Source: Malacoraja senta (taxonomy: Eukaryota). From it: 64,000 bases of DNA. The translations under genes were made by a program, and so were the position numbers. Shown here one piece after another: positions 1 to 12,564 of the stretch. The first letter of the stretch is position 1, and every line of letters begins with the position of its first letter. The stretch lies in assembly GCA_038087875.1 (NCBI GenBank), contig CM075979.1, positions 86,552,001 through 86,616,000 of the forward strand. The letters run 5' to 3'. Below the pieces are notes generated by a model. That model made no database searches, was not told where the DNA came from, and saw only the letters and a program-made list of their open reading frames with translations.

Positions 1-53
1 CATGTTGTCATGAGTAGTAAGATGAGATTTGCTGTAGTACATGTTATATATGT

Positions 54-812
54 ACGAAGGAAATTATTGTTGACTTCAGGAAGAACAGAGGGGGCAGACA
101 TACCCCCATCCATATAAACGGGACTGAGGTGGAGCGCGTCTCCAACTGCAAATTCCTCGGGGTACACATCTCGGAGGATTTGTCCTGGTCCCTCAATACC
201 TCCAAACTGATCAAGAAGGCGCAGCAGCGCCTTTACTTCCTGAGGAGGCTCAAGAAAGCTCACCTGTCCCCCCAGATCCTGACCAACCTTTACCGCTGTA
301 CCATCGAAAGCATCCTGACCACCTGCATCACGGCATGGTACAGTAGTTGCACGGTAGCTGACAGGAAGGCACTACAACGGGTGGTGAAGACCGCTCAGTA
401 CATCATCGGTGCCCCGCTCCCTGCAATGGATGCCCTCCACCGAAAACGGTGTCTGAGACGGGCCGGGAAGATCATCAAGGACCCCTCCCACCCTAACCAT
501 GGACTGTTTGCCCTCCTCCCATCAGGGAGGCGGTACAGAAGCATCAGGTCTCGTACAAGCAGGATGAGGAACAGCTTCTTTAACAACACTATCACATTGC
601 TGAACTCGGAGTCCCGCCGATAGATTTCTCCAGTCTCTCCGTTCACATTGTTTGCTCATTCTGTATTTTATTCTGTATATTGTTCTTGTTCTGTGTTTTT
701 ATTTCTATATTGCAATATTGCTACGAGCAGACGCTAGACTGCATTTCGTTGTACCCATACTTGTATCTGTGCAATGACAATTAAAGTTGAATTGAATTGA
801 ATTGAATTGAAT
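54..812 (+). mobile_element. Rex1/Babar-like non-LTR retrotransposon, 5'-truncated 3' end
   Basis: Open frame TKEIIVDFRK...KFLGVHISEDLSWS...QQRLYFLRRLKK...GRRYRSIRSRTSRMRNSFF (54-623) typical of Rex1 RT C-terminus; 3' UTR ends in (TTGAA)n tail at ~787-812. Confidence 0.85.
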
Positions 813-1375
813 ATGGTCCATCCTGCACTCGTAGTGTTCCAGTAGCTGAAGTAATGAATGTTTATGATGGTGGTTTGTGTGCCAAACAAGTTGCTGCTTT
901 ATCCTTCATATTTTCCATCCTTTTGAGCTTTCATCCAGGCGAATGGAAAAATTTTCTTGCAGATTGTGAAATGACTGGAGAGTTAGGTTGTGGTGCTCAC
1001 GAGAACAATAACATCCTATGCCTTTTCTTATATCCACATTACATACCCGTCTGGTTTTGTTTTGGCCATGATGAAGCCCGAACATTAGTGTTTCGGAGGT
1101 TTCGCAATGGAATTCCCCTTAAATATCAGATGTACACGTGATACTGGGGGACGGTGCTACCTGATTAGACTTGTTACCTATTCAGATCGTTCACTCAGCA
1201 TTTGTGGTTGAAGATATTTGTAAAGCCACATTTTTCATCTAAATGCTGGGCTCTCTCAACAGCACAGAAATATTCACGGAGACTTGTACCATGCTATTCA
1301 ACTGTTCATATCATTGCTGTCGAGGTAAGGCAGGACTGCAAAATTAATCTGATTGTTCATTGTGTAATGCTTAGT

Positions 1376-1505
1376 TATAACATAGAGCAGTATAGCACAA
1401 GACTAGGTCCTTCGTCCCACAATTCCGTGCCAAACATGATGCCAATACCATCTCTTATCTACCTGCACATAACCCCTATACCACCTTTCCTTGCCTATCC
1501 AAAAT
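1376..1505 (-). mobile_element. Degraded CR1/HER1-type LINE 3' tail
   Basis: Reverse-complement similarity to the CR1-type tails at 13692-14000 and 52619-52742. Confidence 0.5.
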
Positions 1506-2911
1506 TATCTTCATTAACGCTCTTGCAAACTGCTTTCTTGCCTCTCAATAACCTGGAATAAATCCCATCAGTTTCTGGGTTTGTATCCATCTAATGCTCT
1601 TACTTCTACCTATAGTTTCTTGTTGCTGCTGATGAAGTATGTCTGCTGTGTGAAGACAGGACAGTGTGGTAGTCATTCCTGCCAATACTAACATGGACAT
1701 ATGTATCTATGGCAGTTAAATTGATGAGGATAAAGTCAAATTGGTATTTTCTGCCCCTGGCAAGAAGTCAAGTCTTCAACTTCGGCCTTTAGAATTTGGC
1801 AAGCTCAGTTAGAATCGGGACTGCTGTGCCATCCTTGGTAATGGAAAAAGATCATATGTTTGTCAGATTTCCATCACATATGGGCATTGCTGAGCAGGAT
1901 GGCATTGTATGACAATCTGGTGGTTTCATTGGCACTTTCACTGAATTCTTTTTATTCCAAATTATATAATTATTAAACTACTGCACTAATGCTGGGATTG
2001 GAACTGGAGATTATTAGTTCAGGCCTCTAGGTTATTGGTTCATTAACCTAACCATTATCCAATATGTTACTGTTTCTTATGAAAAGGGCAGTCATATTGT
2101 TTAATTTTGTGAAAAAATGAAAGTCTGTTACTTTATGTTGGAGTGTGGAGAACATGATCAGAATATCGCAAGTTATGTACTATAGATGGTAATGAAACAT
2201 ATTAAGAGCTGTGTGAACATGATTGAATCTTATCTGTAAGACCATTGTGTAGTGGATTTGTGAACATTTATTGATTAACACAATTCGTGGCATTGAGAAT
2301 GACGTTTATCAATTCTTATCGAACATCAAGTCATAAACAATTGATTTAAAAATAAAGATTTGGTGTTAACATTTTTATTTTAAAATATATGGTGATAAAA
2401 TATTTAAGGTTTGTTGAATTTGTTCTGATTTAAAGGTATTGAATTTATGGCAAGAATATTCTACTTAAAATTGTAAAACTCTTTCTTATAATGTATTCTG
2501 GATTCTACATTTCTGGCTAGAGCCTACATATCTCAGTAGGCAAGTGAACTATCCAAATATGTTGCTAAAATGTAAGTAACAGGTCATTACTAAATGCATG
2601 ATTTGTATGTAAATAGTTGCAGAATAATAGAATTTGCAGTTATTGTTGGTTTTAAGTACTGGTCCTTTTTTCTCATCTAGTAAATACTTTGCATGCTTCT
2701 CTTTCTTCTATTATGCTGCACATTGCTCGTGTGAAGCACAATATTGAGAGTTTGCATGAGTGCAACAACTTTGGCTTTAAATGGTCCAAGGTATGGGAAT
2801 CATTTTTTTTAAATTCTAGTTCATTTTCAATATTCCATTTTTCTTTTAACCTACACAAAAAACAAAAAAAATCATTGTTGTGTCTGGTTTCCGTTCTGTT
2901 TGTATCTGTCG

Positions 2912-3775
2912 CACGTTGGAGGTGGCGAAACTGACGGAGGATCACTTGTTGTATGTGACACTCGTGACGGAGGATCACTTGTTGTATGTGACACATACAA
3001 GTGATTCTCCGTCAGTTTCGCTAACTCCAACGTGACCCCACCACTCGCCACATCTTCCCATCTCCCCCCATGTCTGCCTTCCGCAAAAACCGCTCCCTCC
3101 GTAACTCCCTTGTCAATTCTTCCCTTCCCTCCCGTACCACCCCCTCCCCAGGTACTTTCCCTTGCAACCGCAAGAGATGCAACACTTGTCCCTTCACCTC
3201 CCACCTCGACTCCATTCAAGGACCTAAGCAGTCTTTCCAGGTGCGACAAAGGTTCACCTGCATCTCCTCCAACCTCATCTATTGCATCCGCTGCTCTAGA
3301 TGCCAGCTGATCTACATCGGTGAGACCAAGCAGAGGCTTGGCGATCGTTTCGCCGAACACCTCCGGTCGGTCCGCAATATCCAACCTGACCTCCCGGTGG
3401 CTCAGCACTTCAACTCCCCCTCCCATTCCGTATCTGACCTCTCTGTCCTGGGTCTCCTCCATGGCCACAGCGAGCAACACCGGAAATTGGAGGAAATGCA
3501 CCTCATATTCCGCTTGGGCAGTCTACATCCTGGGGGCTTGAACATTGAATTCTCCCAATTCTGCTAGCCCTTGCTGTCCCCTCCCCTTCATCAGCCCTCT
3601 GGTTGTCTCCCCTCCCCAGCCCTCGGGCTCCTCCTCCGCCTTTTTCCTTTTTTCCTTTCTTCCTCCCCACCCCACCTATCAGTCTGAAGAAGGGTTTCGG
3701 CCCGAAACGTTGCCTATTTCCTTTGCTCCATAGATGCTGCTGCACCCGCTGAGTTTCTCCAGCATTTTTGTGTAC
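2912..3775 (+). mobile_element. Penelope-like element, 5'-truncated with inverted head; GIY-YIG endonuclease region intact
   Basis: ORF 3070-3567 has CxxxRCxxC linker and NLIYCIRC..CQLIYIGETKQRLGDRFAEH (GIY-YIG); 2912-2992 is the reverse complement of the element's own 5' part; 3' UTR carries a hammerhead motif. Confidence 0.92.
3684..3711 (+). ncRNA. Minimal type I hammerhead ribozyme motif in Penelope 3' region
   Basis: CTGAAGA-A-GGGT-TTCG-GCCC-GAAAC-GTT: conserved core, helix II with UUCG loop, loopless palindromic helix III (ACGT), NUH site GUU. Confidence 0.75.
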
Positions 3776-4023
3776 ACACAGACTAGTGTTCCAGTAGCTG
3801 AAGTACCTGCAAATTCCTGACCGAGAATATGGAATGGTTGGTATTTTCGTAAATTGGCATAGCCACCAGTGGATTTCCATCAGCCTTTTAAAAATATTTG
3901 GAAGTATGGATCTTCGTCGGCCTTCATTCATCATTGTAAGGACATCACTTCATGGGGGAAAATAGCTGGGATAACCTGGGCATTCTCCCCTTTGTCTTGT
4001 TAAAGAACTTGATTAGAGCATTA

Positions 4024-4236
4024 GATAGACACAAAATGCTGAAGTAACTCACCGGGACACACAGCATCTCCAGAGAAAAGGAATGGGTGATGTTTCGGGT
4101 TGAGACCCTTCTTCAGACCCGACCCGAAACGTCACCCTTTTCTTCTCTCCAGGGATGCTACCTGTCCCACTGAGTTACTCCAGCATTTTGTGTCCATCTT
4201 CAGTTGAAACCAGCATCTGCAGTTCCTACCTACACA
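4024..4236. mobile_element. Fold-back Penelope-derived short element (inverted arms joined at hammerhead)
   Basis: Minus arm 4024-4119 and plus arm ~4120-4236 are reverse complements; TSD ttgattaga(g/a)catta at 4009-4023 and 4237-4251. Confidence 0.88.
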
Positions 4237-4544
4237 TTGATTAGAACATTAACAAGTGAAAGCTGGCATGAATTGAACTGAGGCTCTTTGACGGAAAAAT
4301 AAAATAACCAAATTAACCTTTGAATTATAAAGGCTGTATCAGAGCCTTGGTGAAGATTGGAGAGAGGAGTGTTTGTTCTAGGATATTTATATTGTGTATT
4401 CTGAAACTTTAGAATATATTACAACACCTGATAGACAGATGGAAAATGTTCACACTGTCCTTTTGTGGATTCCCCAGTGTGGACCTGCATCACAATAGGG
4501 CTTTCCGCTTCACTGATACTACCCAACAAAAGACAGGGAAAAAC

Positions 4545-4632
4545 CACACATGTGCTGGAGTAACTCAGTGGGCCAGGCAGGATCTCTGGCAGACATAGAT
4601 AGGTGATGTTTTGCGCTTGAGCCTTTCTTGAC
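4545..4632 (-). mobile_element. Degenerate Penelope-derived short element
   Basis: gctggagtaactcag...gcaggatctctgg...ataggtgatgtttt matches the family consensus on the minus strand. Confidence 0.65.
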
Positions 4633-6221
4633 GGGGTTTGAATCATTCGAAGAGTATTAAAAATTTAATTGTTTAAACATTTCAAAAGTTGCTGAAAGGT
4701 TTTGGGGAAAAAAACAGTAAAACAATAAAATAAAGTCAATGAATTGAACAGTGTAAATTACCTTAAACTAAATTTCTTCCCCATAGCTGTTCCTCTCCAT
4801 TCAAATGAATGTGCTTCCTCTTTCCTTAGCAGGTTTACCCTGACATAGATTTATCAAAACAGATTCCTCAGTATAAATGTTATACAAGTTGACAACTTTG
4901 TGCTTCACAACTGGACTCTGCAAGGAGTCCAACATTAGAATGTAACTGCAACACTGTGTATGGTATTCACCCACCAATTTATGCCTTTCCCATTGGCACA
5001 TAAACCCCTATTTTGCTGATATTTACTGCGATTAAGTGCAGCAATGTAGCATGAAAATCTCAGTATTTCCCAGGATCTGACCCAATACTTTTCTTAAATT
5101 CATGCCATGCATCTTATACAACTATCTGTTCAGGCAAGTGGGCCTTCGCTCACGTGGAAGGCACCACCACAGTACAATACTGAAAGGCCGCCCTGGATTA
5201 AATGTTTGAGCCTTGGAGTGGGGCTATGACGAGTGACTTTAAATTTGAAGAATAAATAGTGCTTGCAGTTCTTTTACCCATTGATTCAAGTAGGAAAATA
5301 CCATGTCTGATGAAACTAAACAAATGAGCAATCCGAAGAAAGGAAAATAGGAATATCTGCATGTGTACACCTGACATTCATTCAGTTTGATGCCAATTCC
5401 AACTAAATCAGTTCTTAATATTTTCAGTTGAGGTTTAATCTTCTTTCTGATCGTTCCCATCCTTACCTGCCGTACTGAGGTCAGAGAGTGCTTTAAGATT
5501 TGGGGTATTAAGGTGATATTGTGCTAAGTGTCAGTGTGGAAATGTATTGCTCATACTTGTTAATCTTCATTTGATGGGTTCCTCACCTTCATTTCCCACG
5601 TGGGAACCCATCCCACCCACGTGGGTTCCGTCATGTTACTCGGTTTTAGCCTAAGTAGGAACTGAGTGATCCTTTCATTGCCCGACACATGGAGATTTTC
5701 CTTCTGTCGGGGAAGTGGACATTCAGTAGGGAGGTTGTGTTTGGTTTAACTGTATTTGTGATTTGTATGCTTAACAGTTTACATGTGTATGACTGCAGAA
5801 GAGAGCAGTCTTTTCACTGGTGTGCAATATGATTTGCATTCTGACATTTGGTCAGAAGCCATTTTTGCATAGTGTTGGGAATGGCAGAACAAACACACAG
5901 ATGAGCTCCTGTCCTGCCACTCCTCTGCTCTAACTCTTTTATGGCCGAAGGTCTAGATTCAGCGCTGTTTGACTGGTCAGGATCTCTGAAGCAATTGATT
6001 TTGCTAGTTTTATAATTTTGATAGAAAGGACTTTAAATGCCAAGCAATGCCAGTGGTTAAGTTGAAAAGTACTTTACAGTAAAATATTAACTTTCAGACA
6101 GGTTTGTTGAATATTATTTGCCATTGCCTAGTTACAAAGTAATAAGACCAACCGAATCTCACAATTTATCAATCACAGATCTTGTTGGTAACTACTGTGC
6201 AAACCTACTCTGATAACAGAA

Positions 6222-6243
6222 ATATATATATATATATATATAT
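6222..6243. repeat. (AT)n microsatellite
   Basis: About 11 AT units. Confidence 0.9.
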
Positions 6244-7045
6244 TGCTTTGTTTAATTTATTAGGGGCAGGTTATTGGTAGTTGTTTTGCTTGTGGTACAA
6301 TATTACTGTTTATTCACCCCAGTACAAACTCAAAGACCGTTGCTTTTTATTGCTGCAATATGTGATACTAGTTGTTGAGCAGCATTAGTGCAGAATCTCA
6401 TATGCTTGTTTAGAATGTGTGGAATATTTTATTACATGATACATATTTGAGAAGTAAATTACAATTTACTTGTTATTCTTAACGCAGAAAACCTGTTCGT
6501 TGAATGCCATTTACATTGTCATAATTGTGCAGTGAACTATATTCATAATTTTCCAATTATGCCAAACCATTGAACCACAGTCCCAGATTTCTTCCTGTAT
6601 ATTATGGAGGGAAACAACATCTCATTGTGCTGTTGGTGTTTATAATATAACCAGGTAAGGAAGGATGGCATCACTTCCAAGCGTGTCTGGACTAAGAATC
6701 AATTTTCTCATTATATCATTTAATGACACAACTTCTGTAATTATTCAATTACACAGAAGCAGCCAACATTAGTTCCATTATAACATAAGTGTGACCGTGA
6801 AATTTATAATCATTTCTTCTCTCTGGCTCTCATTAGATCTCTCAGCAAAATTTAAACCACATAGATATTATCATCATTTTCATTGGGGGGAACAAACTTT
6901 GAAATTTTGAATGGGAAAAAAATATCTGCAGTTTTTTCAACATTTTCTGTTATTGTTTGATTGTTTTAATTTGTGTCCTTGTCTTGATATTATTTCCTCT
7001 TGCTGTTGCAATCTAGCCCTGTAGCTATGAGCTGTAAGAGAGGGG

Positions 7046-8288
7046 AGGTAGACAAAAATGCTGGAGAAACTCAGCGGGTGAGGCAGTATCTATGGAGCGA
7101 AGGAAATAGGCGACGTTTCGGGTCGAAACCCTTCTTCAGACTGATGTGAGGGGGGGGGGCGTGGGGGGTGGGGGGGGAGGGGGGCGGGGAGCGGGAAGAA
7201 GAAAGGAAGAGGTGGAGCCAGTGGGCTGAGGGAGAGCTGAGAAGGGGAGGAAAAAGTAGGGACTACCTGAAATTAGAGAAGTCAATATTCATACTGCTGG
7301 GGTGCAAACTGCCCAAGCGAAATATGAGGTGCTGCTCCTCCATCTAGAGCAGCAGATGCAATAGATGAGGTTGGAGGAGGTGCAGGTGAACCTCTGCCGC
7401 ACCTGGAAAGATTGCTTGGGTGCATTGAAAACGACAAGTGTAGCATTTCTTGCGGTTGCAAGACGGGAGGAGATGGGAAGATGTGGCAAGTGATGGGATC
7501 ACGTTGGAGGTGGCGAAAATGTCGGAGGATTATTTGTTGTATGTGACGGCTGGTAGGGTGGAAGGTGAGGTCAAGGGGGACTCGGCCATTGTTGCGAGTG
7601 GGAGGATGGGGAGTGAGAGCAGAGTCATGGGGTATAGAAGAGACCCTGGTGAGAGCCTCATCTATAGTAGAAAAGGGGAACCCCCTTTCCCTGAAGAATG
7701 AGGACATCTCGGATGCCCTGGTGTGGAACACCTCATCCTGGGTGCAGATGCGGCGTAGACCTTCCACCCTACCAGCCGTCACGTACAACAAATAATCCTC
7801 CGACATTTTCGCCACCTCCAACGTGATCCCACCACTTGCCACATCTTCCCATCTCCTCCCCTGTATGCTTTCCGCAGAGACCGCTCCATCCGGAACTCCC
7901 TGGTCAATTTGTCCCTTCCCACCCCAACCACCCCCTCTCTGGGCACTTTCCCTTGCAACCGCAAGAAACGCTACACTTGTCGCTTTACCTCCCCCCTTGA
8001 CTCCATTCAAGGACCCAAGCAATATTTCCAGGTGCAGCAGAAGTTCACCTGCACCTCCTCCAACCTCATCTATTGCATCCGCTGCTCTAGATGTCAGCTC
8101 TACATCGGTGAGACCAATCGTAGGCTTGGCGATCGCTTCGCCGAATACTTCCGCTCGGTCCGCAATAACCAACCTGATCTCCCGGTGGCTCAACACTTCA
8201 ACTCCCCCTCCCATTCCGAATCCGACCTTTCTGTCCTGGGCCTCCTCCATGCCAGATTGAGGACCACCGTAAATTGGAGGAGCAGCAC
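7046..8288. mobile_element. Penelope-like element with large inversion (minus arm 7046-7758, plus arm 7759-8288)
   Basis: Plus arm encodes GIY-YIG (NLIYCIRCSRCQLYIGETNRRLGDRFAE); minus arm has RT C-terminal residues (LRRICTQDEVFHTRA), internal deletions and the 3' UTR with hammerhead. Confidence 0.9.
7112..7139 (-). ncRNA. Minimal hammerhead ribozyme motif (intact core)
   Basis: Minus strand reads CTGAAGA-A-GGGT-TTCG-ACCC-GAAAC-GTC. Confidence 0.75.
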
Positions 8289-8648
8289 CCACTTACCTGA
8301 TGCCCCGCATACCTACGGCTGGCATAACAAGCCGCTACGATATACCCACGGACTCCTACGGACTCGTTACGAACATTCTGAGAGTTTGAAAACTCTTTTG
8401 ATGCTGCCTAATATGCCATAGGTACTCGGGGCATCAGGGAAGTCGGGACGTTTTTTCCAGCCTGATAAAAAATGTCCACGAGTAAAAAATAAGTCCCGAG
8501 TACCTACGGCTGGCATAACGAGCCGCTACGATACATCCACGGACTCCTACGGACTCGTTACGAACATTCTGCGAGTTTGAAAACTCGGGAGAATTCGTGA
8601 ATAACTCAGGAAAATTCATGAATAACTCGGGAAAGTGGGACAGGCCCT
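8288..8648. mobile_element. PIF/Harbinger-like MITE remnant with internal ~87-bp direct repeat
   Basis: Right end aagtgggacaggccct followed by TTA; left TIR reduced to cccactt; repeats at ~8310-8396 and ~8501-8586; terminus resembles element at 52948-53450. Confidence 0.6.
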
Positions 8649-8802
8649 TTACTTTTCAACTTTCTTACTCCAACTAAGCAGTGCATTTAAGGCTGTGTTT
8701 AAGATAATTTCTGTTTACTTGCATCCTCTCAATTGTTCCTCCTTTTCTAAGATTAAATTGACAATTAATGTGTATATAATCTACAAACAAATATCAGCAT
8801 AT

Positions 8803-8880
8803 TAGGCAGCATCTCTGGAGAATATAGATAGGCAATGTTTTGGGTTGCGACCCTTCTTCAGACTTCAACATCTGTAGTTT
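8803..8880 (-). mobile_element. Penelope-derived short element fragment with degenerate hammerhead
   Basis: aggcagcatctctggag...gggttgcgacccttcttcagac. Confidence 0.75.
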
Positions 8881-9381
8881 TTTTCATAGAAAAGTTGTTT
8901 TGGGTTACATCATCAATTCGAAGCAATACAAGTAGTTAATATCTGCAGTTAGAAAGGACAGTTGCACAAGTGTATTATTTCATAACGGTGATCCTGAGGA
9001 TAAGACATCACTTTTTATGGACCATGTGATATCATTAGATAATGTGATTATGGTAAAGATTGAAATGCTGTCTGAATTATTTTATCTAGGTACACTAATA
9101 CCATTTATTCTATTTATGTTTTAATATCTTATTCTGTGCCTTTGAATTGAAACACACATCAGCAATCGACACAAACCATTCTTATTCTGCGCAGTAGAAT
9201 AATTCATTATGTCCATTTATAAACTCAACCTTCAGGAAAGCATTGGAAATGTTTTAATTTTTGGTACAGTAATTGCACTGTAAATAGTTGAATGCTTATA
9301 ATAATTGCGTACATTTTGCTTTAAATGTGAATACTAAACGTTATTATTGTTCAAATAAACGTGATGTATTTGGCTTGCTAG

Positions 9382-9542
9382 GTGGAAGAGTTAATGACAG
9401 CGATGGATAAAGTGAAACACGAACTGGAACTGATGAAGACTAAGCTGTCCTCTACCCAGCAGTCCCTCGCAGAAAAGGAAGCTCACCTCACAAACCTGCA
9501 CGCTGAGAGACGGAAGCATCTCGAAGAAGTCCTTGAAATGAA
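9382..9542 (+). CDS. ERC1: Internal coding exon of ELKS/RAB6-interacting/CAST family member 1 (coiled-coil region)
   Basis: ctag|GTG acceptor and AA|gtaagt donor; 161 nt, phase 0 to phase 2; VEELMTAMDKVKHELELMKTKLSSTQQSLAEKEAHLTNLHAERRKHLEEVLEM(K), closer to recalled ERC1 (VEELLMAMEKVKQ..KLSSTQQSLAEKETHLTNLRAERRKHLEEVLEMK) than to ERC2; not in the ORF track. Confidence 0.93.
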
Positions 9543-12500
9543 GTAAGTTCACTCAATTTTATTCATTGTTTCAGTTATGAGCTATGTTTCTTTTGCCTGT
9601 TTAAAAACGTGATTTTGTTACTTATGTCCTTTAGAGCAGCAATGTGGCTGAAATATATTCTTATTCTGTTTCTGAATATATAATAGGCTTGCTCACTTGT
9701 TTTGCTTGTGTCACCTGCACTGTCATGAAGGACTTGAAGACAGGCCTTGCTACAGCCTCAGTAATGTGACTGTTGGAAGTTATGGAGGAGCATCTCTCTC
9801 GATTTAGAATCACTGCTGAGTGATCTAGACCGGAAATCTAATTTTGTCAGTACTACCTGAGAAACTACTTGAAGATAATGACTAAGGTTCTAGTGCTCTG
9901 CAGCATGCTAGACAGTAATAAATGAAAGTAGAACATTTTAGTTGATAAAAGGAAATCAATATCAAAAGATTTTGTAAGCTTATGTGTTTTTGTATTTTTC
10001 AATGTTTTCCTGAATGGTGTGTCTCAATATCATATTAATTCATCTTAAACTACAAGAAATAGTCAGTAGTACAGACTATAAACAGAGATAATTTATTCAT
10101 GAAACAGTTTACAGCGCCAGCACGCATGATTATCATTCCTTTCTTTCCATTCAGCCTCGTGTTGAAACAATCTATCCACAAACATTGTGGATAGATGGTT
10201 TCAATTGCAGTTGTACAGACTTGATGGCACTGAAGAAACAATTATTATATACAGAACGATGTTACATGTGATTTTATGCAGATGTTACAGCCTTTGTTTA
10301 ATAGTGAACGCTGAAAAAAGGGCCAAACATCCCGTTCGATCGCTACGCACTTTTTTTATTTTGGCACTTATCTCATGAATAGTATTTTCTCATCTAAGAT
10401 AAACCGATCTGGTCTGACATTTTTCCCAAGGATGTCTGGCATTTGACAAGAATGAAGTGTTTCCTTTAGGTTGGATCCTCTCTAAAGGTATTCAGGTTTT
10501 GCATTTATACATATAATCCCTGTTTTCCCATTCATCCTGGTCAGTAGGTATTTTCTATTACTTTTCTGCAGTAATCATGTGAGGAGCCAACACTTTGATC
10601 ATTTTGTTTCTCTGTGGCTGTGGAACAGTTATCCTTTCTCTTCTGAAGATGATTACATATTTCACCTTACATAACAAGTACGGTCTGTGGACAGGTTCAG
10701 CCTCGCACTCTAATGTTGACCCAAGTTTCTTTCTATCCTGTATGAATTGTTTGCTTCAGCCATGCATCGTTATACCTTATCTAGTAATAATTATTGCGAG
10801 TGCAAATTGATGGTATGAGTTTAGAATATGTCTCACCATATTTATTGTGTTAAAATCAGTTAGCCGCATCTTTTCTGTCAACCTGCATGTCTTTGCCCGA
10901 AGAGTATTGAATCTTTCTCTATATTGTATGACTGATTCTTTACCAGCAATCTTCGTTACCTCACAGCTACTTTATAAATCTCAACTGATCACTGTGCGCA
11001 TTAATAATTCTCCCATGGGTTTACTGGTGAAAGTTCTCCAATCCAAAGATCAAGGCAAATAATTCCTTCTCAGTTTTTGCGTGACATTTTCCCGCATCAT
11101 TTAGAGCTCGGATTATAAATTATTGGATGACGCTATTGCAAGCTCCATCCCTTTTAATTTTGAAGCATCCGTTTGGCGTGTCAGTTCCTTCTTATCAACA
11201 AAATGTCAACACAGGCTATGTAATGATTATCTTATTGATTAATTTGCTTGTGAACATACACCAAATATAATTTCAAAACCTTCTTGGACAACTCCGTCAC
11301 ACGTATCTCTTAGATGGGGGAGGAACTTGCTCAGAAAGTTGATGAGTTCCAGAACGAATCAAACTTCAGCAACATCACTTAGGCTGAACATCCCTTTGCA
11401 GCTTTGACTTCAGCTGGACCTGGCTTCAATCTCCGGTGATTAACTGACCCATGAAGGACACTTGCATTAATTTAAACGTCAATTTTCCTGCATTCTCCCT
11501 GCATCAAGTTATCAGAGTTTTCAACTTCCAGTTTTGGGCTACCTTCCCCCACCTCTGTTGTTTTCCTCTGTTATATGCTGTTGTTCTTACCCCATTGAGA
11601 TCTTCAGTCTGAAACATGAACGGAACTTCTAGCAGTTCCTCTACCTTTTTAGGTAGTTCAGGTCACAAGTTTGGCAAATATGAAAGATGCCTGAATACAA
11701 TGTTAACTTTCTAGTTGCCCCTTGAAAATGTTGATACAGAAACCCTGGCTTTACGAGGAGGGGAAAGGTTGTGTTCCTACTAGGAATTTCCTAGTTCGTA
11801 TCTCTGTTTTCCGTAGTGCAAAGCAGTGTCAGCTGTGAATGTGTAGAGAAATGAGTTGAAAAGTGTAGATTTTGTGGGTCTTTTCCAGAAATGATGTAAC
11901 AGCAAATTGTATTCTATTTCTCAAATTTTTGGCGAGTGATTTGCGATTTCTTTAAGAGTGAACTTCTGTAACTCAGGGGTTCTGGTGGATTCGCTATAAG
12001 TCCCTTCTTTGAACCATATTTTGAACCAAAATCTTTGAACCAGATTCTTTGGCCAGGCTTTTCTCTTGTTAGTGTGATGATGAATCAGCCGTTTCTCAAT
12101 AGTATTGCTACCTGGAGACATGGACTACTTCATTACGTGAGGACTATGTATGGAATTGAGTATGCTGAAGTACTCGGCAAACATTGGTATTAATGTAAGA
12201 TACTAAATAAATGTGCATATTCCTTGATACTAGGGATTTAATACACTGTGTTCAGTTTCTTTGTCCATATTTGGCTACTGCTGTACTATGGTTTAGACCA
12301 AAAAGGCCTTGTGGGAATCTATATTGAGCATCAGTGAGAAATGCAAGGAAATGCAAGGAAATGTGAGCTCCCCTGGATGACTAATGTAATAATAGTCAGC
12401 CTTGTCTATTGTTATTGACGAGATATACCGTAGGAATATTCTACGTTATTGAATTAATGTGAGATTTGTACCTTTTTCAGAACTGTTTCGGCTGCTGTTG

Positions 12501-12564
12501 CATTTAGCTCTGTAATACAGTCTTCATTGCTGCAATTGTCACAGTTCGCTTAATCTGCTAAACC

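Noticed and set aside
2872-3501. 209-aa minus-strand ORF (and the 336-aa ORF 7282-8292)
   Set aside because: Antisense shadows of Penelope coding sequence, partly fused across inversion junctions; not host genes
8310-8630. Direct repeats that could suggest a CRISPR-like array
   Set aside because: Only two long units plus short tandem units inside a MITE; no spacers or cas genes; eukaryotic context
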